This document shows, in pieces, positions 20,457 through 26,320 of a stretch of 32,000 bases of DNA (position 1 is the stretch's first letter; every line of letters begins with the position of its first letter). This stretch comes from Pseudomonas aeruginosa (lineage in GTDB: Bacteria; Pseudomonadota; Gammaproteobacteria; Pseudomonadales; Pseudomonadaceae). Location: contig NZ_LN831024.1 of the NCBI RefSeq assembly GCF_001457615.1, positions 1,020,001 to 1,052,000 on the forward strand. The letters are read 5' to 3'. Made by a program: the position numbers and the translations under genes. The notes below the pieces were generated by a model, which worked only from the letters and a program-made list of their open reading frames with translations, did no database searches and was not told the origin of the DNA.

Positions 20457-21499
20457 GCGACGTTGCGCGGTGCGACGCGCCACTGCTCGCCGGGTTTCGG
20501 CGTGCCGAAGGTCGCCGGGTCCACGCCTTGGCTGCGCAGCGCCGCCTGGAGCGCCTTGGGCGGGTCGTCCTGCTGTTCGTCGGTGAGATTGAAGGTACCG
20601 AAGTGGATGGCCATGCTGGTCTGCGCCTGCAGCGTGCGATGGGCCTGCACCGCGTCGTCGGGATTCATGTGGTGGTCGCGCATGAACCAGCGCGGCTCGT
20701 AGGCGCCGATCGGCAGGGCGGCGAAACGCATCGCCCCGAAGCGCTGGTTGATCAGCCCGAACTCCGGGCCGAGCCCGGTATCGCCGGGAAACAGCAGCGG
20801 GCCGTCCGGCGAGTCGATGACGAAGCCGAGCCAGAGCGTGCGGTTGGTGTCGCTGCGGGTGCGCGACGACCAGTGCTGCACCGGTACGCCATGCAGCGTC
20901 AGGCCAGCGCCCAGCGGCACGGCCTGCCACCAGTCGATCTCCACGACGTCGGCGAAACCTGTCTGGCGGATCAGCCCGGCGTTGCCCAGGCCGCTGACCA
21001 CCTTGGCCGTCGGCCAGCGCCGGTGGAGCTGGCGCAGGGTTTCCAGGTCGAGGTGGTCGTAGTGGTTGTGGCTCACCAGCACCAGGTCGATCGGTGGCAA
21101 CTGGTCGAGCGTCAACCCGGGCGGATGGTGGCGCTTCGGGCCGATGAAGGCGAGCGGGCTGACCCGTTGCGACCAGACCGGGTCGGTGAGGATGTTCAGG
21201 CCGCGGTGCTGGATCAGCAGGGTGGCGTGGTTGATGTAGGTGACCCGCAGTTCTTCGCCGCGGGCGCGCTCGTTCACCCTTGGCGGCGTTGCCGTCGGCG
21301 GCAGGGCGACCCACGGGCGTTGCGGCGGGCGGTTCCACTGCCACTTGAGCAGGTCGCGCAGGCTCTTGTGCGCGGTCGGCTGGATATTGCGGAAACGTTC
21401 GCCGTCGAAATGGTCCGAAGGCGGACCCTGATAGGCGCTGCCAGCGCAGCCGGCCAGGGTCAGCAGGCTGATCAGCCAGGTGGGACGCAGGGAGGGCAT
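20414..21499 (-). CDS. MBL-fold metallo-hydrolase lipoprotein (NAPE-PLD/Lactamase_B_2-like)
   Basis: The lipobox is LLTLAGC. The metal motif VSHNHYDHLD is present, along with downstream His/Asp ligand regions. The ORF is 361 aa, and its last 14 codons overlap the convergent SEC-C gene. Confidence 0.9.
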   Translation of the reverse strand: MPSLRPTWLISLLTLAGCAGSAYQGPPSDHFDGERFRNIQPTAHKSLRDLLKWQWNRPPQRPWVALPPTATPPRVNERARGEELRVTYINHATLLIQHRGLNILTDPVWSQRVSPLAFIGPKRHHPPGLTLDQLPPIDLVLVSHNHYDHLDLETLRQLHRRWPTAKVVSGLGNAGLIRQTGFADVVEIDWWQAVPLGAGLTLHGVPVQHWSSRTRSDTNRTLWLGFVIDSPDGPLLFPGDTGLGPEFGLINQRFGAMRFAALPIGAYEPRWFMRDHHMNPDDAVQAHRTLQAQTSMAIHFGTFNLTDEQQDDPPKALQAALRSQGVDPATFGTPKPGEQWRVAPRNVAQEAEATRREQQLR

Positions 21500-21580
21500 G
21501 AGGGGATGCTCTTGCGGTCAGGCTCTCGGACAACCTAGCATGCCGCCCGGTACCCCGATCAAGCCAACTCGTTTCCAGTC

Positions 21581-22207
21581 ATGTCCCGTCCCCCGCGTCC
21601 TTCCCCGCGTCATCCCGTCCGCCCTGCGCCACGCCGGGTGGCCAAGGCGCCGCCGAGCGAGCCGAAGCTGCTGCTGTTCAACAAGCCGTTCGACGTACTG
21701 ACCCAGTTCAACGACGAGCAAGGGCGTTCGACCCTCAAGGACTTCATCCCGGTGCCGGGCGTGTATCCGGCCGGGCGCCTGGACCGCGACAGCGAGGGCC
21801 TGTTGCTGCTGACCAACGACGGTCGCCTGCAGGCGCGCATCGCCGACCCCCGGCACAAGCTGCCGAAGACCTACTGGGTGCAGGTCGAAGGTACGCCGGA
21901 CGAGGAGCAATTGCGGCGCCTGCGCGAGGGCGTGACGCTCAACGACGGCCCGACGCTGCCCGCCGAGGCGCGTCTGCTGGATGAGCCGACGTTGTGGGAG
22001 CGGGTGCCGCCGGTGCGTTTTCGCAAGTCGGTGCCGACCCACTGGCTGGAACTGGTGATCCGCGAGGGGCGCAATCGCCAGGTGCGGCGGATGACGGCGG
22101 CGGTGGGCTTGCCGACGCTGCGGCTGGTGCGGGTGCGGATCGGCCCCTGGAGCCTGGACGGCCTGGGCCTCGGGGAATGGCGGGAAGTGCCGGCGCGGCT
22201 GGACTGA
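21581..22207 (+). CDS. rluE: 23S rRNA pseudouridine synthase RluE
   Basis: Near-collinear with E. coli RluE ([51 protein letters not shown]). It has a basic N-terminal tail and no S4 domain. Confidence 0.92.
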   Translation: MSRPPRPSPRHPVRPAPRRVAKAPPSEPKLLLFNKPFDVLTQFNDEQGRSTLKDFIPVPGVYPAGRLDRDSEGLLLLTNDGRLQARIADPRHKLPKTYWVQVEGTPDEEQLRRLREGVTLNDGPTLPAEARLLDEPTLWERVPPVRFRKSVPTHWLELVIREGRNRQVRRMTAAVGLPTLRLVRVRIGPWSLDGLGLGEWREVPARLD

Positions 22208-22240
22208 CGAGAGGGGCGTCGTCCAGCGGGCGCGGAACGA

Positions 22241-22633
22241 TCAGTAGTACGACTTGATCACGGCGATGCCGCGACCCATCACGTCGCGCCAGGCGTCGCG
22301 GGTCTCGGCGTCGCAGTCGCGGTCGTGCTCGGCGACCGCCATCAGCAGGGCGTCCAGCCACAGGTCGTAGAGTTCCGGGCGGATATCCAGCGCGGCGCGC
22401 GAATGGCTGGCGCCGAGTGCGCGCAGCTTGCTGTCGGACATGCCGCGGGCGTACATCACCAGGTTCATGATTCCGGCACGCAGCAGGTGTTTCTGCGCAG
22501 TCATGTCGGTGGTGGCGAACTTGGCGCGAATCTGCGGGGAACTGGCAAGGAAATGCCGGTAGAAATCATCGAAGAATCCGGTGCTGGCACAGCAGCGTCC
22601 ATAACTCTGCATGACGCGGTCGGCGGCGTTCAT
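22241..22633 (-). CDS. Stand-alone sensor-type (protoglobin/GCS-family) single-domain globin
   Basis: 130 aa. FFDDFYRHFLASSPQIRAKF fits the B-helix Tyr region. LGASHSRAALDIRPELYDLW fits the proximal-His pattern H.R..L.I.P..Y of globin-coupled-sensor globins. No output domain is present. Confidence 0.72.
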   Translation of the reverse strand: MNAADRVMQSYGRCCASTGFFDDFYRHFLASSPQIRAKFATTDMTAQKHLLRAGIMNLVMYARGMSDSKLRALGASHSRAALDIRPELYDLWLDALLMAVAEHDRDCDAETRDAWRDVMGRGIAVIKSYY

Positions 22634-22667
22634 GGCGACTCCCTTGTTCTAGGCAATGGCAAGGCGA

Positions 22668-22692
22668 GCCGGCCCCGTTGGCCGGGGCCGGC
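22668..22692 (-). terminator. 9-bp GC hairpin between the DUF2788-like gene and the globin gene
   Basis: GCCGGCCCC-N7-GGGGCCGGC, followed on the minus strand by UCGCCUUGCCAUUGCC, which is only moderately U-rich. Confidence 0.4.
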
Positions 22693-22733
22693 GGATGATT
22701 ACGAGTGGTTGGATGACGCGCGTGGCGCCGGGG

Positions 22734-22943
22734 TTACATGCCCGCGCCTTCGAGGCTGCCGATGACCAGGCCCTTGATGATGAAGCCCAGTACGCCCAGG
22801 CCGAGGGCGAAGAACAGGATCAGGGTTCCGAACTTGCCGGCTTTCGACTTCTTCGCCAGGTCCCACACGATGAAAGCCATGAACAGGATAAGCACGGTCA
22901 CCAGACCGGTCATCATCCACTCTTCGAACAGTTCGGGATCCAT
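22734..22943 (-). CDS. Small two-TM membrane protein (DUF2788-like, assigned from memory)
   Basis: The start was re-set to ATG (cat 22941-22943), 6 nt downstream of a strong SD GGAGG. The 69-aa product, MDPELFEEWMMTGLVTVLILFMAFIVWDLAKKSK..., has two hydrophobic helices. Confidence 0.82.
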   Translation of the reverse strand: MDPELFEEWMMTGLVTVLILFMAFIVWDLAKKSKAGKFGTLILFFALGLGVLGFIIKGLVIGSLEGAGM

Positions 22944-23144
22944 TGGCAACCTCCGGATTTTCAAGCAAACGAAGTCCGGCTCGCGGTCGGACGGAGCGTG
23001 CCATGGGGGGCGGGCAAGGCGTTTATCGTTCTACGAGCAGGCTGCTCTTTATATGCGGGGGCCACGCGGGCATGACAACTGAAACAGGTTGCCGATTATA
23101 CGGCATGCCGCCTGTTCCGTGTCATGTCCCAGGTCTCGCTACGA

Positions 23145-23624
23145 TCAATCGCGCAGGTGCTCCAGCGGCAGTTCGGTACTCGCCAGCACCTGGTTGAGGA
23201 CGAAGCTGGAGCGCACGCTGGAGACCCCTTCGATGCGCGTCAGGGTACCCAGCAGGAGCTTCTGGTAATGGTCCATGTCCGGCACCACGACCTTCAACTG
23301 GTAGTCCGCGTCCATCCCGGTGACCAGGCTGCACTCCAGCACTTCCGGGCATTTGCCGATGACTTCCTGGAAATGTTCGAAGCGTTCCGGGGTGTGTCGG
23401 TCCATGCCTATGAGGACGAAGGCGGTGAGGCTCAGGCCGAGTTTCTTGCGGTCCAGCAAGGCTACCTGGCGGACGATGTAGCCGTCGTCCTCGAGCTGCT
23501 TGACCCGTCGCGAACAGGGCGATGGCGACAGGCCTATCCGTTCTGCCAGTTCCTGGTTGGAGATGCGTGCGTCGCGCTGGAGTTCTTCGAGGATACGCAG
23601 GTCGTAGCGGTCGAGTTTGTTCAT
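23145..23624 (-). CDS. Lrp/AsnC-family transcriptional regulator
   Basis: The start was re-set to ATG (cat 22622+1000 region, i.e. 23622-23624), giving 159 aa: MNKLDRYDLRILEELQRDARISNQELAERIGLSPSPCSRRVKQLEDDGYI plus a RAM/AsnC_trans_reg domain. Confidence 0.92.
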   Translation of the reverse strand: MNKLDRYDLRILEELQRDARISNQELAERIGLSPSPCSRRVKQLEDDGYIVRQVALLDRKKLGLSLTAFVLIGMDRHTPERFEHFQEVIGKCPEVLECSLVTGMDADYQLKVVVPDMDHYQKLLLGTLTRIEGVSSVRSSFVLNQVLASTELPLEHLRD

Positions 23625-23647
23625 GGCGAGGATTTCTTTCAGGTTGA

Positions 23648-23660
23648 TTGCCATTGGCAA
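23648..23660. promoter_or_regulatory. 13-bp perfect palindrome TTGCC-ATT-GGCAA, a candidate Lrp/AsnC (FFRP) operator
   Basis: It has the form abcdeWWWe'd'c'b'a' and lies 24-36 bp upstream of the regulator's ATG. Flanking elements are TTGATTGC (23644-23651) / GCAATCAA (23683-23690), the TTGCGCAA palindrome (23680-23687), and further GCAA half-sites at 23703-23706 and 23712-23715. Confidence 0.5.
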
Positions 23661-23689
23661 GGTGAATTTGAGTGATTTATTGCGCAATC

Positions 23690-23943
23690 AAGGTTCTGGT
23701 GAGCAATATTAGCAATCATTGGTCGCGCCTGGCGACGTATTCTTTTACCCAGATTCACGGCCCGGACATCTCGTCCATCACGGCTCGCCCAATCAGGCCA
23801 GCCGTGGCCGCCGACCCTACAGGGTTGCGCCGGCCTCCGGGTTGCACACCGCCCAGAAGGTGGAGTGAGGTGAGCCGTCGCCAACAGCGCCGAGCCAGGA
23901 CAGTTACCCCAGAAGGGAGGTCGACGGGCCTCCCTTTTTCTTT
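23690..23943 (+). ncRNA. Candidate small non-coding RNA. The 3' end is defined by the terminator and the 5' end is only guessed from a sigma70-like TTGGCA-N16-TTTATT.
   Basis: A canonical + strand terminator has no credible ORF upstream of it. It sits in the AT-richer divergent promoter region next to the Lrp-type gene. I did not recognise any family. Confidence 0.3.
23913..23943 (+). terminator. Canonical Rho-independent terminator AAGGGAGG-ucgacggg-CCUCCCUU followed by UUUCUUU
   Basis: An 8-bp stem (23913-23920 / 23929-23936) with an 8-nt loop, then a run of U (UUUUUCUUU counting the stem end). On the opposite strand it lacks a U-tract, so it is + strand specific. Confidence 0.78.
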
Positions 23944-23967
23944 GCCCGCGATCCGGCCCGTGCCGCG

Positions 23968-24022
23968 CTTTTACCCATTCTTTACCCGGCGTTTACCCAC
24001 CCTTGGCGGAAAACGGCGGAAA
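23968..24022 (+). repeat. Phased direct repeats: 3x TTTACCC at an 11-bp period, then 2x GGCGGAAA at a 10-bp period
   Basis: TTTACCC occurs at 23970-23976, 23981-23987 and 23992-23998. GGCGGAAA occurs at 24005-24012 and 24015-24022. The array ends about 60 bp upstream of the ATG at 24081. A 10-nt match CTTTTACCCA also occurs at 23742-23751. Confidence 0.7.
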
Positions 24023-24080
24023 GTCGTTCCCGGGATCATTCGAACGTGGCCGGGCGACCAGGCCCGGGGCGAGGCAGACG

Positions 24081-24785
24081 ATGAACGGTGGATGGTGGCG
24101 AATGCTCGGGGTGGGCGCTCTCTCGCTGAGCCTGTGCGTCCAGGCGCAGGCCGACGACGGCCGAGGGGGACGCGGTGGAGCCGGCGGCGAGCGCGGTGTT
24201 GCCCACGGACAACCGGGACCTGGCCGCGGCGAAGCGTACGGCGGCAGTTGGGGACCGCATCCCGACTGGCGTCCGGGCCGGGTGGTGGAGGCCTTGCCGC
24301 GCGGGCACCTGCGGGTGCCCTATCGCGGCGGCGAGTATTTCTTCGACGACGGCTACTGGTACCGACCCGACGGCCCGCGCTATGTGCTGGTCGTGCCGCC
24401 CCGCGGGGTGCGCGTCCGCAGCCTGCCGCCCTATGCGGAGCAGGTCTGGCTGGGCAGCGTGCTGTACTTCCTTGCCGCCGGCACTTACTACCTGTGGCAT
24501 GCCGACACCCGCGAGTACGAAGTGGTCAGCCCGCCGCCGCGGGCAGCGGGACCCGTTTATCCGGTCAGCGGGCCGGCCGCCAGCTACGACGTGGTGGCCT
24601 ACCCCGCGCGCGGCCAGGGGCCCGACCAGCAGGGCCGCGACCGCTACGAGTGCCACCGCTGGGCGGTGGGCGAGAGCGGCTTCGACCCGGCGGGGGCGAC
24701 CTACGCGCCGGCCGCCGAGGTCGCCAACGGCTACCGCCGGGCCATGGCCGCCTGCCTGAGCGGGCGCGGCTACAGCGTCAACTGA
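24081..24785 (+). CDS. Secreted protein of unknown function (Gly/Arg-rich N-terminal part, Tyr/Trp/Pro-rich core, C-terminal Cys pair)
   Basis: The start was re-set to ATG at 24081 behind GAGG. The signal peptide is MNGGWWRMLGVGALSLSLCVQAQA. GC3 is very high in this frame. The antisense 261-aa ORF is rejected. Confidence 0.8.
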   Translation: MNGGWWRMLGVGALSLSLCVQAQADDGRGGRGGAGGERGVAHGQPGPGRGEAYGGSWGPHPDWRPGRVVEALPRGHLRVPYRGGEYFFDDGYWYRPDGPRYVLVVPPRGVRVRSLPPYAEQVWLGSVLYFLAAGTYYLWHADTREYEVVSPPPRAAGPVYPVSGPAASYDVVAYPARGQGPDQQGRDRYECHRWAVGESGFDPAGATYAPAAEVANGYRRAMAACLSGRGYSVN

Positions 24786-25674
24786 CGGTTTCCTTGCCGA
24801 CCACTTCCTGCGGGTCGGCATGGATCAGCACCTCGGCCTTCGGGTATTCGCGCTTGATCGCCAGCACTGCGCGGTCGGTCAGGGCGTGGGCCACCGACAG
24901 GCTCAGCTCGCCGGGCAGTTCGAGGTGCAACTGGACGAACCAGTGGTTGCCGGAAATCCGCGTGCGCACGTCGTGCGCGCCGAGCACTCCCGGCACGCTG
25001 CAGGCGAGTTCGCGCATGCGCTCGCTGATGTCGGTAGGCAGTTCCCGGTCCATCAGGATCGACACCGACTCGCGAGCGATCTGCAGGGCGCTCCAGAGGA
25101 TGTACAGGGCGATGCCCAGGCCGAACAGGCCGTCGCTCTGTGGCCAGCCGTAGCGGGCCAGGAGCAGTGCCACGAGGATGCTGGCGTTGAGCAGCAGGTC
25201 CGAGCGGTAGTGCAGCGAGTCGGCGCGTATCGCGGTGGAACCGGTGCGGCGGATGACGTGGGTCTGGAAGGCCAGGAGAAGGGCCGTGAGCAGCAGCGAC
25301 AGCAGCATCACCGCGATGCCCCAGGTGGCCGCGCCGAGGGGCTGCGGGTCGCGCAATTGCTCGACCGCCTGGATAGCCACCAGCACCGCGCTGGCACCGA
25401 TGAACATGGCCTGGGCCAGGCCGGCCAGGGCCTCGGCCTTGCCGTGGCCGTAGCGGTGGTCGTCGTCGGCCGGGCGTAGCGAATAGTGCACCGCCAGCAG
25501 GTTGAGCAGCGAGGCGGCACTGTCCAGCAGGGAGTCGGTGAGGCCGGCGAGCAGGCTCACCGAACCGCTCAGCCACCAGGCAATGGCCTTGCCGATGACC
25601 AGGGTGACGGCGACACCGAGCGAGGCCAGGGTGGCCAGGCGCAGCAGGCGGGCGTGGGGGGAATCGGGACTCAT
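24778..25674 (-). CDS. yiiP: Cation diffusion facilitator family divalent-metal exporter (FieF/YiiP-type)
   Basis: 298 aa with six TM helices. Metal-site motifs include LTDSLLDSAAS and the HYRSDLLLN region, followed by a C-terminal cytoplasmic domain. The symbol follows my recollection of P. aeruginosa CDF nomenclature. Confidence 0.9.
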   Translation of the reverse strand: MSPDSPHARLLRLATLASLGVAVTLVIGKAIAWWLSGSVSLLAGLTDSLLDSAASLLNLLAVHYSLRPADDDHRYGHGKAEALAGLAQAMFIGASAVLVAIQAVEQLRDPQPLGAATWGIAVMLLSLLLTALLLAFQTHVIRRTGSTAIRADSLHYRSDLLLNASILVALLLARYGWPQSDGLFGLGIALYILWSALQIARESVSILMDRELPTDISERMRELACSVPGVLGAHDVRTRISGNHWFVQLHLELPGELSLSVAHALTDRAVLAIKREYPKAEVLIHADPQEVVGKETVS

Positions 25675-25762
25675 GGGGCGCTTCTGTCAGGAGGGACGGC
25701 GCCACTGTAAACCAACCGGGCGGCGACCGGGCACTGACGCACGGTCGCGCTCGGAGGGCGGA

Positions 25763-26179
25763 TCAGGCGGCCGGCTTCAGGCCATAGGCCGCCAGTTGCT
25801 CGACGCTGCCGCTGTGGCGGATCAGGCGCGGGTCGTCGAGCGGCAGTTCACGGCCGATCTCGCGTTCGAGGATGGCCTTGAGCTTGCGGTTGTCGACCTT
25901 GCCGTCCGCGCCGACGGCATCCTTGAGCACTTCCGGGGCGACCGAGTACTTGGCGTCGGGCAGGTAGATGGCGCCGGTGGCGAAGTCGACGCCGAAGGCG
26001 ATCAGGCCGGGGATGATATAGAACAGCAGGCCGATGGCGTCGAAGGCGACGATGGCCGGATCGATGCGACCGTCGATCTGGCCGCGTCGCTCGGGGTAGA
26101 ACAGCGTACCGCAGGCCGACAACTGGCTCAGCAGGGCTGCACTGAGAACGGCACAGGAAACGCGGGTGGCAAGGCGCAT
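25763..26179 (-). CDS. Lipoprotein of unknown function with an internal hydrophobic segment
   Basis: The start was re-set to ATG (cat 26177-26179), 6 nt after a strong SD GGAGG. The lipobox is LLSQLSAC. The product is 138 aa. Confidence 0.82.
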   Translation of the reverse strand: MRLATRVSCAVLSAALLSQLSACGTLFYPERRGQIDGRIDPAIVAFDAIGLLFYIIPGLIAFGVDFATGAIYLPDAKYSVAPEVLKDAVGADGKVDNRKLKAILEREIGRELPLDDPRLIRHSGSVEQLAAYGLKPAA

Positions 26180-26320
26180 GTATGACCTCCGGGTGAACAT
26201 GACGGCGAACTATAGCAATCGACCAGCGTTCGGCAATCTTCTGCCGCGACGATGACGATAAGACCGTCGAAAGCGCCTGCCGGTTCGCCGGTATACTTCG
26301 TCGGTCAGTCCGGAGCCAGC

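Noticed and set aside
23095-23125. A perfect TATAAT (minus strand) with ATGACA upstream, a possible sigma70 promoter for the DUF2788-like gene
   Set aside because: The spacer is 19 bp, longer than the optimum, and the hexamers sit within a hairpin-forming inverted repeat just after the Lrp-gene stop. I cannot support it beyond a weak possibility without TSS data.
23913-23936. The terminator hairpin loop contains ACGG, which raised the possibility of a guanidine-II (mini-ykkC) hairpin
   Set aside because: The ACGR tetraloop would need to be closed directly by a GC stem, and two tandem hairpins are required. Here the loop is 8 nt (or GACG after extension), there is only one hairpin, and it is followed by a U-run. 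It is a plain terminator.
23760-23940. Whether the candidate sRNA could be an Rsm-type (RsmY/Z-like) sponge, given that ladS is in the same window
   Set aside because: Only about four GGA triplets are present, and none sits in a clear ANGGA hairpin-loop context. Proximity to ladS (about 9 kb away) is not evidence.
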